64,000 nucleotides of DNA, from the NCBI RefSeq assembly GCF_963676685.1, contig NC_092346.1, positions 64,170,001 to 64,234,000 of the forward strand, read 5' to 3'. Under the pieces are notes generated by a model, which was given only the letters and a program-made list of their open reading frames with translations, had not been told where the DNA came from and did not search any database. Origin of the DNA: Mytilus edulis. Its lineage: Eukaryota. Every line of letters starts with the position of its first letter. Positions within the stretch are counted from its first letter, which is position 1. Positions 28,279-42,010 of the stretch are shown in pieces. Both the position numbers and the translations under genes were made by a program.

Positions 28279-29399
28279 GGCTATATTGCCGGAGCCGGTA
28301 AAATAGCTATTTATTTAGAGTTTTGCTATTTTGCCGGTCTTAATCAAAATTAAAATAGGATTATATATAAATTATGAATAGAAAAATATCGTTTTTTCTA
28401 TTCATAATTTATATAGCATATACGATATTTTTTCTATTCATAATTTATATAGCAGCTACACTTTTAAGATCTTAAATAATATATCTCTATACCATGTATA
28501 CTTGAAATATGTCTTCCTTAACATATTTATACAAATCGTGCATATTAAAATTGACAACTTTTAAATATTTAAACCGATATTAGTATTCTTTTTCTCTAAA
28601 ATGCAAGGCATGCGACATCATATATAAAAAAAATCGTCATTCTTATTACAACTTTTGATAAAAAATAACAAAAAAACCAAACTCAAACTGCTTTACAAGC
28701 GTTACAAAACCAGTGCCTTGCTTTTAGTGCATTTTTTAAGTCAGGGACAAGAAGATTCTGCCATCGCAGACATGAACTGTACATAGCATTTGTTTCTTTC
28801 GCGTCTGCGTCAATTTTGCAAAAAAAATAAATGCCGACATACATGTACATTATACTCAACATTCATAGAATATATGCTGACAATAGGCTAGATATGCATC
28901 GTCTGTACACTATTTTCTTTATTAATCTAAATACTTATTGCCATGCAGACCAGCTAGATTATTATTAAAGTTTTTCATGAATTAGTAGTCCTCGTTTCAC
29001 GTTTCCATATTTACACAGTTATGAGGGGGTCAGTTATCGTTTAGTCGGCCGGTCTGAAATCTGCTGTAGCGCTTCATATAAATCGAACTTAGCGTGTAAT
29101 TCAAGTTTGTTTGATATCAAATTGTCGTCTTCCATTCACGACCGTTAATGTTCAACAAAAATAAACATATACTAATACATCATATATCAAGTTAACGAGT
29201 GCAGTTCACAAAAGGCGAATAAACCAGATCTGAATGGAAAGGATGAGACTAAAAGGTTATTGACATCTATTATCATTTGTGCATAAATAGTTTCAATAAA
29301 AATGCATTTCATATAATCTGATTGAAAGTATGAAATAAGACCGGCAAAATAGCAAAACTCCATATAAATCGCTATTTTGCCGGAGCCGGTAAAATAGCC
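28279..29399. mobile_element. Non-autonomous TIR element with ~65-bp internally repetitive TIRs
   Basis: GGCTATATTGCCGGAGCCGGTAAAATAGC... and its inverse at 29335-29399; no clear TSD. Confidence 0.7.
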
Positions 29400-29800
29400 A
29401 CTACCATTTTTTCCCCCTCCGACACAAAGCGGATTTTACACTCAATTCCGTATTGTATTCGTAGCTTAGAATTGTTACATCCGGTGTTTTCCGTCGTTTT
29501 CCAGCATCAGTACCTATGTTTTATATCATGATAATTTGTAATTCGTTTGTTATTCAATGAAGAAGAAAAGGTACCTGGTTAGTTATACTATTATTATTTA
29601 AATCATTTAAATGTCGAACAATTGTAATTGAAAAGAATAACTACACTTTTTGATATACCTGTAACATCTATGTTCAACTATATTTATTTATAAATACATA
29701 AATTTGAAAAATTTTACCAGGCATGCGCCGGAAAGTAAACATCAGTATGTTGATGGTTTTCTGAAACTAAAGAAGAAGAACCGCAAATACTGAAATATGT
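29400..29800 (+). promoter_or_regulatory. Candidate internal (alternative) promoter of the RGS gene
   Basis: CpG-containing segment with CCGGTG/CCGGAAAGT ETS-like motifs, just before the transition to CpG-poor intronic DNA; possible short first exon with donor CTG|GTTAGT at 29577. Confidence 0.3.
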
Positions 29801-30264
29801 CACAAGTCGAAAAATGACGTCTTGAAATGCTGTTTTATTTTTTATTTTTAATTGTTTTGATTTCACTCCTCTATGAAAGCGTCACTGTAAAAACCTAAAA
29901 TAGTCATTTAAGACGTCATAATTATTTGGACTAGTCTGTGACACAAACATGTCCTTTATTCATCACATGTTGTCAGATGTGTTGTCAGGATCAGACATAG
30001 GCACTGTACTTCAGGTCAGACATATTCATATAAAAAGTTAATAGAGACAAGTATTACCTGTGAGAGTCTGGAGTATCTGTGATAAATTATCTAAATACAG
30101 AATTTTTAAAAATTAAAACCACAGTAAAACATGTTAAACATGTAAAATGGAATCTTGAAATAGGCATTATAGGCCTTCAAAAACTTTACAATTTTTACAA
30201 ATTGTGACATTTAAAATATACAAAAGAACCAACATTTGAAAACCAAATACCCAAATTCTCAAAA

Positions 30265-31425
30265 TCTGTCCGTCCACTCTATCCTGACTTCAGTCCTGAG
30301 TTCCCAAAATTATTAAGAACTGATACATTGATAGTTGCATCCATATTATATCCTAAAGTTGGTTTCTCTACCTTTATTTTGCCTAAACCAAATAGTATGA
30401 AACTTTTAAAATACAATGCTAATTACCACAAAACACAGATCAAGTCTGAATTTTGATCGTGTCTCTTTTAACTGTTCTACAGTATAAATGTCCCACAACA
30501 AATGGAAAAATGGCTGAATTTTTAGTTTGCCTCAACCAAATTCTATGAAACTTATACACAATGCTTTTTACCACAAAATACAGATCAAGTTTTAATTTTG
30601 GTTTTGTATTTATAACCATTTAAGAGTTATGTCCCTCTACAAATTGAAAAATTGCTGAATTTTGCGTTTCTGTTCTTTAACTTTATAAGTTAGCCTCTAC
30701 CAAATTTTATGACACTTATATACACAATGCTTATTACCACAAAATGCAGATTAAGGTTAAAATTTGTGGATGTCACTTTTATTGTTCTAGAGTTATGCCC
30801 TTTAGAAATGGAGAAAATTGCTCCATATTTTGTTATCGCTCTCTTACTTAAGTTAGCCTCAACCAAATTTTATGAAACTTATGACGCAAGAAATTATTAT
30901 ACCTGTTGTTTTCAATTTATTACATCACTGGGTCAATACCTCTGCTGGTGGGACTGTCAGTCTCCGTGTGTATCATCAGCTCAGTAGTTAGTACTTCGGT
31001 ACTGACATGATTTAACAAATTTTACTAAAATTATCTGTTTATAAATTTTGAAATTATTAAGAAACTAAGGTTTCAACTCCCTAAGGCAAAGTTGGCTTTA
31101 GATGAATTTGGCTATTTATTTTAGGCATTTTTGACATATAGCTCTTCAACGGTTTCGGTACTTACACATCTCCGTATTTCAAATGTTTGGCTTTGAGTGT
31201 TACTGATGAAGGTAAATCCAGAAAAGTGCTTCGGACGCAAGAAATTATTAAACGTGTTGTTTTTAATTATTTTATGCACAAGACTTACATTGTATAACCA
31301 CAAAACTTAGATCAAGTACAAATTTGGGTAGCGTCACTTTTCCTGTTCTTTAGCTATGTTCATTTATAACTTGATATGATATTCAAAGTGAGGACATCAT
31401 CTGTGTCCCATGACACATTCCCCAT
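30265..31425 (+). mobile_element. Helentron-associated (HINE/DINE-1-like) element with a degenerate tandem-repeat array
   Basis: TCTGTCCGTCC microsatellite seed, repeated AATGCTTATTACCACAAAA units, 3' hairpin-like end followed by a T-run. Confidence 0.55.
30883..31250 (+). mobile_element. Retrozyme/Penelope-pLTR-like unit (351-nt period) with a degenerate minimal hammerhead at 31197-31238
   Basis: Direct repeat GACGCAAGAAATTATTA at 30883 and 31234; core CTGATGA...GAAA-AGTGCT-TC|GGACGC. Confidence 0.65.
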
Positions 31426-31524
31426 TTATTTTTTTTTTTTTTTTTTTATGACATAGAATGTAGACAGGTGGGTACACAATTAAAACTAGTTTAACCCCAG
31501 AGAGTTTGTGCCAGTACCAAGTCT

Positions 31525-31800
31525 TGCTATCTAGTCTAAGTGAGTAAGTAGTTATTACTGTAATCACTAACCAGTCAACACTGAGGTTGTGAGTTTGAAC
31601 CCCAATCGTGCAGGTGCACTCAACTCCAATCTTATTTGACATTTGACTAGGAGTGTCAGTTTTCCTATCTAAGGTCACTGTTTTTCTCTTGGCACTAGCG
31701 ATTACTCCACCAATAAAAACTGGCTGCCACGAAATAGCTCTAAAGCAGTGCTTAAAAGTGGCTTTAAACACACAAAAAAAAATCAAAAAATCAAATCAAA
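31525..31800 (+). mobile_element. tRNA-derived SINE (related copies ~8970-9200 -, ~55950-56185 -, ~56790-57022 +, ~62080-62140 +)
   Basis: B-box-like GAGTTTGAACCC, shared body GTCAACACTGAGGTTGTGAG...GGTGCACTCAACTCCAATCTT, tail GTGGCTTTAAACAC(AAATC)n. Confidence 0.7.
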
Positions 31801-33373
31801 TGATATCTGGATTGTTAGTTTGTTGGATTTTTTTTAAGGATTTGTTTGTTTCTCTGGGTTTCTTTTTAGAGTAGAGTGGTTGATATGGTCTGTTGAGCTG
31901 TGCAGTATTTTAATGATTTATTGTATAATTTAGCAAAAAGGTTGTACCAGAAAGGATGAAGTATCATTAACATTAAAGAAAAGAAAAAGAAAAAGAAATG
32001 ATTTGATTGATATGACTGAAGTACATTGGGTTATTAATCAATTATAGAACTGTTGTCTTATTAATTAAAAGAGAACATGAGAACAAGTTGTTTACTAATG
32101 ATGGGACATTGTAATCACTAATGTCTGGTTATCTGTAATGAAGAATGATCAATATTTAAAGTCCATTAACCGTTGTATTTATAGCTCACTTTAATCAAAA
32201 GAGATGTAAATCTGCTTTAGACACCTTTTATTTGTCATAAAGAATTCAAACTAGAAATCAATGCATAACCTTTAATGTTACATATGTACATGTATCAATG
32301 CATTTACTCTTTATGGATGAATTAACTTGTACTTTTATTCCAGTTTTATTGAAAATTCAACATTGATTTTAATTACCTGCATAGTCAGAATGCTGTCGCT
32401 GATTTTGGAATTTCAGCATGGCCAAGAATTATATTTTACATGTATCTGCTCTAGAGAAGAAGAAATTGCATTAATTTATTACCTGTTCACTTCATCTCTG
32501 ATATAACCAAGAATAAAGCTTAAAAGCTTAGAAAATACCATATAATTAAGATATGAGCAAAAGGTCATAGGGATATTCTATATACAATGATATATGGAAC
32601 CAAACAATTGTTATAAAATAATAATAAAATTAAGAATGGAAATCGGGAATATGTCGAAGAGACGACAAGCCGACCATTGAGAAGACAACTGCTGAAGGAT
32701 GAATAGATATAAGAAGATGTGGTATGAGTGCCAACGAGAAAACCTTGACCCAACATGTCCAAGTCACAATTTATAAAAAAACATTATAGGGAGAAGTATG
32801 GCCTTGAACACAGAGCCTTTGCTCACACTGAACAGCTAGCTACATGTATAAAGGCCCTAAAAATGACTTAGTGTTAACCTCTTTTGAATGATTACCTGGA
32901 GATAATTTAAAAGAAACCTTTATCGATGTGAATCTATTATTCTGAAATATTGATGACTCTAAACTCTTCAAGAAGTTGATACGTGTGTGTACCATATCCA
33001 CTACATATCATACATACCTCAAGCATTTGAACTTAAGAATATTTTAGATTTTGTAAATTTCCAGAATTTTCAAATGTGTTTGTTTGGTATACATTGTATA
33101 AAAGTCTTTTTGAAATTTTTACATTATTATCTACATGTACATCATTTTTTGAAATCACAATAATAAATTATCTTGCAAATTTGACCATTGTTCAACAATT
33201 GCAATAATAACATGCAAAAATTTCAGAATTTACAGTTTTTCTATCTTGGATTAAAATTTTGAATAGTTCTGCATATCTTGGTGTATTTTTTGGTAAAGTT
33301 ACATTTACACATCTACTTTTGAAGCAATATCAGTTGTAAGGTTCATATATCATGTATATTTGGTCAAATCATA

Positions 33374-33512
33374 TTTTCACATTTCATATCTTGGTGTAGT
33401 CTTTTTCACATTTCATATCATGGTATAGTCTTTTTCACATTTCATATATCATGGTGTAGTCTTTTTCACATTTCATATCATGGTGTAGTCTTTTTCACAT
33501 TTCATATCATGG
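33374..33512. repeat. ~29-bp minisatellite, ~4.5 copies
   Basis: Unit TTTTTCACATTTCATATCATGGTGTAGTC. Confidence 0.9.
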
Positions 33513-33808
33513 GTCTTTGCTAAAATCACATTTTCACATTATTTATTGGATCTTTGATTTTGACAATTAAAATTCATATCTTGGTGAAAAGTAGATATAT
33601 TTATATCAGTCACATCAAATCATTGTGGACCAGTATTTTGTATAGTTTACAATGGTTTATATCTTGTTGTTATCTGTAGTTTAGTTTTAATTTGATATGG
33701 CATCTTTTTGACATCAAACATTCCTATGGTTAAACCTGTTACTGAATGATGAGATATGTGATGAAGTTACATTGATATGTTACATCATTCTGAATGAAAA
33801 TTTTGTCA

Positions 33809-34100
33809 AATAATAATAATAATAATAATAATAAATTCTTTATTTAAAGAGGGTAAACACAGTTAGTTACAATCACTAATCTTCCCTGAGGCCCTCATAT
33901 ACATGTATGCAATACAAGTAAAAACAAAATGGTAATAATAAAAGAAAAAAGCAATCATACAACATATAAACACAATTGTATAGACATAATAGTTCAGTGT
34001 ACATGTACCATGATTAAAAGATATAAAACAGTTAAATATCGCATGTAGTAAATAGACCTAGTATATACAAATCATTAATCAAAAAGATTAATCTGTTTGG
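33809..34100 (-). mobile_element. 5'-truncated LINE 3' end
   Basis: Minus strand GAGGGCC...TACCCTC stem, then AATAAA and a (TTA)n tail. Confidence 0.6.
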
Positions 34101-34611
34101 AATCAGTCTTTAAGTTGATATTTTGTACCAAGCCTGATATTGGTTATCTAATACTTTGTGACACATTTTCAGATCTATCACTTATTTTTTCTGTCTACTA
34201 CAATAACATATATTATTGTCTTCTTATTGATGCATATAATTATATGTAAAAAAAACTTTTTGTTGCATTTTATCTCAGCCAGAACAAATCAGCTTAAGTT
34301 CCAATTAAGCTATCTATTTGTATTCTTTACCAAATGAATCATTTTCTGATCCATTGCTTATGTACTTCCTGTTGCCAGACACATTTATGTTCTTTACATT
34401 ACATTTGTTATTTGTTATTGCAAATACATGTATAGGACATTTCTGTAGCATTTTCTCATAGCTTCTTTACATCATATGATACCAAGTTTAACATTAGTTA
34501 GCTTTACCATGTGCTTATCTAATTTCTGTTATCTACTTCAACATTGCTCATATGTATTTTATTCTACCCAAAAAAGAGAGCAGGGGTATACATTATTTGG
34601 CATTCTAACAT

Positions 34612-36655
34612 CACTGGGGTAAAGCTGATGACCGTAACTGCATTCACGGTCATCCCAAGATGTCGGATGAAAAATTAGGTCAGTTTCTGTATTGTCTGTT
34701 AAAGTGTTTCTATATCATTTTCTTTACAAATCATACATTGAAACGATGTAAATTTATAAAAGAATCACTCGGAAATCATTAATTAGTTCCGAGAAATGTG
34801 CATGAAACGGGAAATTCGATTTGAAAAAATCGCCAAGATGACCGTAAATCACAATCGAGATGACCCGTAACAGAATCAGCGATTCATAACAAGGCTGACC
34901 GTAACTGCTTTTAAGATGACCGTAATTTGTAAATGATGACCGTAACTTTTAAAGGATGACCCTCAATTCTAAGAAATATCCGTAATTATATAACTATCTT
35001 TTTGTATCAAATGATTGCCACAAGACATGCAAATGAACAGAAAGGGAAAACATGCCACAAAAGCGCGATAAAATGACACCTTACAAGCATAAAAATGGGG
35101 TGCACAGCCTTCAACTGCTCGACAAAAGATTTGTGTTTGTTTCTGGGATTCCTTTTAATGACATATAATAAATACACATTTTTAAAAATGCCAAAAAATT
35201 GCATGTACACCCATTGATATTATATCGTCTTTCATTTTGTCGTGCAAATAAAATAACAGAAATATTTTGAAAATATCATTCGAATAAACTAGTGAAGGTG
35301 AGCTCCAGCAAAGTAGATCCTTAAAATAGTATTGTACGAAAAGCGTATCACAAGGCGGAACGTTGTCAATTTGTATATATACAGAAATGTTATTCATACA
35401 GTCAGGATTCTACTTCTTCAAAATTATCTCCCCATTACGCCAGTTCATGCTATAGTTCAAAACAAGAGGCTGTCACAACGACAGAAAACCGGATTTATCA
35501 ATATTTATTTGTGTCCTGGCAATATCACAAGAACCATTACTGATGAATGGTGAAAGTGAAAATCGTCAATATCAAATTTGACCTCCATTTTGTCATCAGT
35601 ATCAACATCTTAAAATTTGAAAAGCTTAGATTGAATGGTTCATGAGTAAATGATACAACGTGAATGGAAACGCAATTTGACCTCTAATTTGCCATCAGTA
35701 ACAACATATAAAAATTTCAAAAGCTTTGGTTGAATGGTTCATGAGAAAATGCACGGACACGACTGGAAACACCATTTTTTCAATCTTTCAAGAACCATAA
35801 CTCCTGAACGGTAAAAGTCAAAATCGCCATTATTGAACTTGACCTCCATTTTCTCATCAGTAACACCATATTAAAATTTGGGAAGCTTAGGTAGAACATT
35901 TCATGCGTAAATGCACGGACACGACTGGAAACTCCATTTTTCAATCTTTCAAGAACCATAACTCCTGAACGGTAAAAGTCAAAATCGCCATTATTGATCT
36001 TGACCTTCATTTAGTTGTCAGTAACAACATATTAAAATTTTAAAAGCTTTGGTTGAACGGTTCATGAGTTAATGCACGGACAACATTTGATTGCCGCCCG
36101 CCCGCCCGCCGTACATCCCCAAATCAATAACCGACAGTTTTGTCACAAAAATCCGGTTAAAAAGAAATTTATGAAACATATTCATATCCGCTAACCGAGC
36201 CCTTATTGAGATCGACAAACTCAACAAAAAAGCTTTGAATACAATACGGATATTTCTTAGAATTGATGGTCATCCTATAAAAGTTACGGTCGTCCTATAT
36301 AAATTACAGTCAGTCTTTACAAATTACGGTCATCCTTTACAAGTTACGGTCATCTTTTTACCAATCACGGTCATCCTTGTTTTATGTTACGGTCATCTTG
36401 AAAATATTTTGATTATGATTTACGGTCATCTTAACGATTTTTTCAAATCGAATTTCCCGTTTCATGCACATTTCTCGGAAGTAATTAGTGATTTCCGAGT
36501 GATTCTTTTATAAATTTACATCGTTTCAATGTATGATTTGTAAAGAAAATGATATAGAAACACTTTAACAAACAATACAGAAACTGACCTAATTTTTCAT
36601 CCGGCATCTTGGGATGACCGTGAATGCAGTTACGGTCATCAGCTTTACCCCAGTG
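34612..36655. mobile_element. Transib-like non-autonomous DNA transposon (CAC termini, 5-bp TSD AACAT, ~370-bp TIRs)
   Basis: CACTGGGGTAAAGCTGATGACCGTAACTGC... and a near-identical inverse ending at 36655; AACAT on both sides; repeated GATGACCGTAA subterminal motif. Confidence 0.85.
35459..36162 (-). mobile_element. Helentron-associated non-autonomous element nested in the Transib-like element
   Basis: subTIR AACCGGATTT/AAATCCGGTT, (GCCC)n microsatellite, ~180-bp tandem repeats, terminal palindrome CTGTC-acaac-GACAG, inserted in an A/T run. Confidence 0.75.
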
Positions 36656-37016
36656 AACATGACGTCCTTCAAACACCCATGGTAAAATTTGAATATATTG
36701 CCTGGGCTATTCCGATCGTACTCCCACAGCATATATGCTTTTTTATGAATTAGGTACCTGAAATCATAGAACTATGACGTAAGAATATAAGCATTTTATT
36801 GGAAAATACACACTTGTCAATGTGAAACAGAAAATCATCACAACAAGGAAACTCAAACAAAACTTATTGTAAATAGTTTAAGCATGTAACTAATTCAGTT
36901 TGCTATGTTCTTTTACATCAATTTAATAGTGCGTTTATTTATGGAAACGGCAAATATTTGCCTCCACCTAGAGCACTTCGATCCAAAAGTATTGCTGTAT
37001 TTGTCCTATTAGAATC

Positions 37017-37155
37017 GAAATAATTCATGGGGGCTTGAATGTATCGTGATTTTTACCACAGGTTGTCCTTTTATGCCGATATTTTACCCCTGGCTATCGC
37101 TCAGGGTAAAATATTTGTCAAAGAGCCAACCCATGGTAAAATCACAATATATTCA
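37017..37155. repeat. Imperfect long palindromic element
   Basis: GAAATAATTCATGG.GGCTTGAAT...ATTCAAGCCTCCATGAATTATTTC. Confidence 0.75.
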
Positions 37156-40042
37156 AGCCTCCATGAATTATTTCTTAATAAGCTAATATTAAATTTGTGG
37201 TGCTACTCTGATGGCTGATAATCCTGCTACTACATTTACTACCAAACTTAGATTAAAACTTGGTTTGCATGTAAATACATTCAAATTTGATAAAACACAT
37301 TTTGTAAAACAATTAAAGTTAGTATTTTATGTTAAATTGCATATTAGACTTGGGTTTAAATTCAGTATTTTTTGTATGTAAATTGTACTTTATTAATGGA
37401 AAGAATGGAATACTATCATCTGGCCACCAAAAGAAATTGAAGGGTTATTGAGATTTGGTTTAGGTAACTTTTCAACACCTACATTTGTATGATTGTAATG
37501 TTTTTTTAACTATCTTTTTGCAAATAAAAATAACCGGATCACATGATTCCTATATCTGTTTGTCAGGTTTTTTGTTTGGTTGCCATGGTAATGATCAATT
37601 ATAAACTGATATGTTTGTTATCAAACTTATATTAGTGCAGATTTTGTCATAATGTAACTTATTGATGCTAGCAAAATCAAACAAAAAATGTGATATTTAG
37701 TTTGCACTGAAGATAAAAGTAAATAACATTATCTCAATTCTTGTAACTCAAAACATCGCTCTTGTCAGTTGAACAGCTGGTCATGTGCTATCAAATTCTC
37801 ACAACTTACGTAATACATGTCTTAATAAAATTCAAAATGGAAACTAACAACATGACCAAAGAGCAGAAAACAGCCCAAAGCCACCAATAGGTCTTCAACA
37901 CATCAAGGAAAATCCACACCTAGAGGCGGACTTCAGCTGGCCCCTAAACAAAAATGTGTACTTGTAGTTCAGAGAAATGGATGACACACTATTTCCAAAA
38001 CATTTCAATGAACAGAAATTTAAAAAAAAAACGTACAAGGGTTACAAACTAGGCCAGAGGTTCCTGAGTTGCCACCATCGATTTCCATTTTACTGTTTCC
38101 GCTATGCGTCGCCAGTAAATATACATTTGCAACTATCAAATCAAAATGGACGGTGGCACCTCTTCAACTACAGTACTGTTATAACAATTCTAGTGCACTG
38201 TGCATTACAAGAAGAAATAATACTTTAGACTTTGGAAAAACGTATAAATTTGAAATAAAATAAAATTCCACGAAACTTCATGAATGATTTTGGCGCATAG
38301 AAGTCATTGCTAAACATGACATCATACAAATGAAAACTTACAAACGGAAGGTAATTTCGTTCCTTCTAAGATTCAAATTTGGATAAAATCACATCAAAAT
38401 GGTGATTATTAGGTAGACGTTGTTTTATTTTTGACAATATTGTAGTAATTGACATTTGTTGATCCAGTGAATTAAAATGGTGAGTCCCTCCTTAGTTACG
38501 ACTTGTCAACTGGATTTGATGATTTTTTTTAGCGAATGAAAAAGATTGTTACATATCAAATGCATTAGAATAAATCTTGTACAATCTGCTAAATGTTTGC
38601 TAAGTATTTGAAAATCTTTTCAATTGCCAGATACTAGATATATTGTTAAATGTTGATTGTTCCATGTCATTTAATGTAATTTGCCAGGGATAAATATTAC
38701 ATAAGTTTTGATATCAATTTTTCAAAGAGCTTTTGATAAATTTCAGCGTAACTGTCAAATTGCATGAAAAAGTAATGCAGATTAGATACATCTTTTTTTG
38801 CAGTAACCCAGATCATTAGAGAACTGAATCTTTTTGATTAAGATTGTGATGTGTACTTAGTTACTTAATGTAGTAATGTTTCATATTCTACTTTTGACCT
38901 TACTTATAAACAGACATTCATGACATTCTAGATATATATTACATGATGACTTTGTTGATTTCTTGTTGAAATCTTCCTTTTTATTTCGAAATAAAGAGAA
39001 TATTAAGAACACTGTTATAATGAAATAAACATAACCTCCATCGACTTTTCAAATCAATGGGCCAGTTGCATATGTATATATTTGTCTTCTGCATCAGCTG
39101 TTTTGTGTAGCAATCCTAGTGTATTGATTTTTCTAAGAGAATTCCAAAGTAAATACTTTTATACATATATTGTGAATGATATTTACATCTGTTGAAATTG
39201 ACATATTAGAAAATGAAATCATCTCTAGTGAAATCATTGATTTGATCCTCAACATACGAAAAATACATCAACATTTGTCCCCAATAAAACACCTTGAACA
39301 TTTATATTAAAAAATCTGGAAATTATGAGAAATGCAACTGTTTAAGAATAGAACCATTATTCATGTTATTGGAAAATTTATAGATTTTCTTGTTGTTTTT
39401 TTACGTATTGTTTATTAACCAAGTGAAGGAAAGTATGTTCATTTTCGGTTCACTTACTTTCTATACTGTGCGCATAGAGTGAAATTATAGCATCTTTACT
39501 TAAAAAATAATATGGAAATGCTAACCATATTTATTTGAAGCAGAACTATATCGATATATGCTTTACAAAAAATTCTGGGCATTAAATGACAGCTACATGT
39601 TAATCTCTCCATTTGTCCATATATTACTGTAAACAAATGTTCTTGGATATTAATTTGAACACCCCTAGTAAACTTATACAAATAAAAAATATATATATAG
39701 GACAGAAGAAGAAACCTATTGATTTTGGGATAAGTAGGTACAAGTTTAAGATAACTTACTGAAAAAAATATGAAAAAATGGTTCACAATATTTATATATG
39801 AAGGCACTGTGATCTATAGCATGCATGAATACTCACTCAATTTGTATGATTTATATATCATCTGATCCAGTTCTTCAGACTTGCTTTCATTAACTGTCCG
39901 CACACTTTAACACTGTATAACTTAGTATTGTTTGATTTCAGTTCCTTGTTTTTGGACTGTGTAATATTAACATTAAAGATACAAGTGCTTTTTCTAGTCT
40001 GATTAGTGATGCATGTTTTCATCATTCTTTTTGTTGTGGGAA

Positions 40043-42010
40043 AACCTGGAGCTTCACGTTGGCATCATCGTCTGCGTTGTCGTCGTCTGCGTCATCTTCG
40101 TCGTCGTCTTGCGTCCTCGTCGTCCGAATAATTGATTTTGGGAGTTTTGGTCCCAACATTTTAGGAATTAGGGGCCAAAAAGGGCCCAAATAAGCATTTT
40201 CTTGGTTTTCGCACTATAACTTTAGTTTTAAGTAAATTGAAATCTATGAAATTTTGACACAAGGTTTATGACCACAAAAGGAAGGTTGGGATTGATTTTA
40301 GGAGTTTTGGTTCCAACACTTTAGGAATTAGGGGCCAAAAAAGGGCCCAAATAAGCATTATTCTTGGTTTTCGTACAATAACTTTAGTATAAGTGAATAG
40401 AAATCAATGAAATTTAAACACAAGGTTTATGAACACAAAAGGAAGGTTGGGATCGATTTTGGGAGTTTTGGTCCCAACAGTTTAGGAATTAGGGGCCAAA
40501 AAGGGGCCCAAATAAGCATTATTCTTGGTTTTCGCATCATAACTTTAGTATTAGTAAATAGAAATCTATGAAATTTAAACACAAGGTTTATGACCATAAA
40601 AAAGGAAGGTTGGGTTTGATTTTGGGAGGTTTGGTCCAAACAGTTTAGGAATAAGGGGCCCAAAGGGTCCAAAATTGAACTTTGTTTGATTTCATCAAAA
40701 ATTGAATAATTGGGGTTCTTTGATATGCCGAATCTAACTGTGTATGTAGATTCTTAATTTTTGGTCCTGTTTTCAAATTGGTCTACATTAAGGTCCATAG
40801 GGTCCAAAATTAAACTTAGTTTGATTTTAACAAAAATTGAATCCTTGGGGTTCTTTGATATGCTGAATCTAAAAATGTACTTAGATTTTTGATTATTGGC
40901 CCAGTTTTCAAGTTGGTCCAAATCGGGATCCAAAATTAAACTTTGTTTGATTTCATCAAAATTTGAATAATTGGGGTTCTTTGATATGCTAAATCTAACT
41001 GTGTATGTAGATTCTTAATTTTTGGTCCCGTTTTCAAATTGGTCTACATTAAAGTCCAAAGGGTCCAAATATAAACTAACTTTGATTTTAACAAAAAATG
41101 AATTCTTGGGCTTTTTTGATATGCTGAATCTAAACATATACTTAGATTTTTGATTATGGGCCCAGTTTTCAAGTTGGTTTAAATCAGGATCCAAAATTAT
41201 TATATTAAGTATTGTACAATAGCAAGAAATTTTCAATTGCACAGTATTCAGCAATAGCAAGAAATCTTCAATTGCACAGTATTGTGCAATAGTAAGCAAT
41301 TTTCAATTGCACAGTATTGCGCAATAGCAAGAAATCTTCAATTGCACAGTATTGTGCAATAGCAAATATTTTCAATTGCACAGTATTGCGCAATAGCAAG
41401 AAATATCTAATTGCACAATATTGTGCAATAGCAAGAAATTTTCAATTGGAGTTATCTTTCTTTGTCCAGAATAGTAGTTGAATCAACTTAAATCATTGTT
41501 TTATACAATATACAATGTATATTCACTTTTACTACCAACTGATAAATTAAAACAATCTTTACCATTCAGTGATAACAAGCACTTTATTTTACATTTTAAT
41601 ATTTTATGATGTATTTAAATGAGTAGTTATTGTTGCAAATCCCATTAGGAATTTGAATTGAGATCAGTTTTGGAAAAAGGGAAAGGGGGATGTGAAAAAA
41701 AATGGGGGGGGGGGGGGGGGGGTAAATTTTTCTCATTTCAGATTTCATAAATAAAAAGAAAATTTCTTCAAACATTTTTTTGAGAGGATTAATATTCAAC
41801 AGCATAGTGAATTGCTCAAAGGCAAAAAAAATATTTTAATTCATTAGACCACATTCATTCTGTGTCAGAAACCTATGCTGTGTCAACTATTTAATCACAA
41901 TCCAAATTTAGAGCTGAATCCAGCTTAAATGTTGTGTCCATACTTGCCCCAACTGTTCAGGGTTCAACCTCTGCGGTCGTATATAGCTGCGCCCTGCAGA
42001 GCATCTGGTT
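40043..42010 (+). mobile_element. Helentron-associated element carrying several satellite-like arrays
   Basis: (GTC)n microsatellite at ~40065-40125, ~170-bp repeats at 40130-40670, ~260-bp repeats at 40665-41200, ~37-bp repeats at 41208-41450, hairpin-like 3' end near 41985-42010. Confidence 0.7.

Noticed and set aside
28012-28353. Short GC-rich ORFs (also 2698-2919, 62233-62454, 61733-61963)
   Set aside because: They are chance reading frames across MITE sequence.
31525-31620. tRNA gene
   Set aside because: The tRNA-like boxes belong to a SINE head followed by SINE body and tail; no intact cloverleaf.
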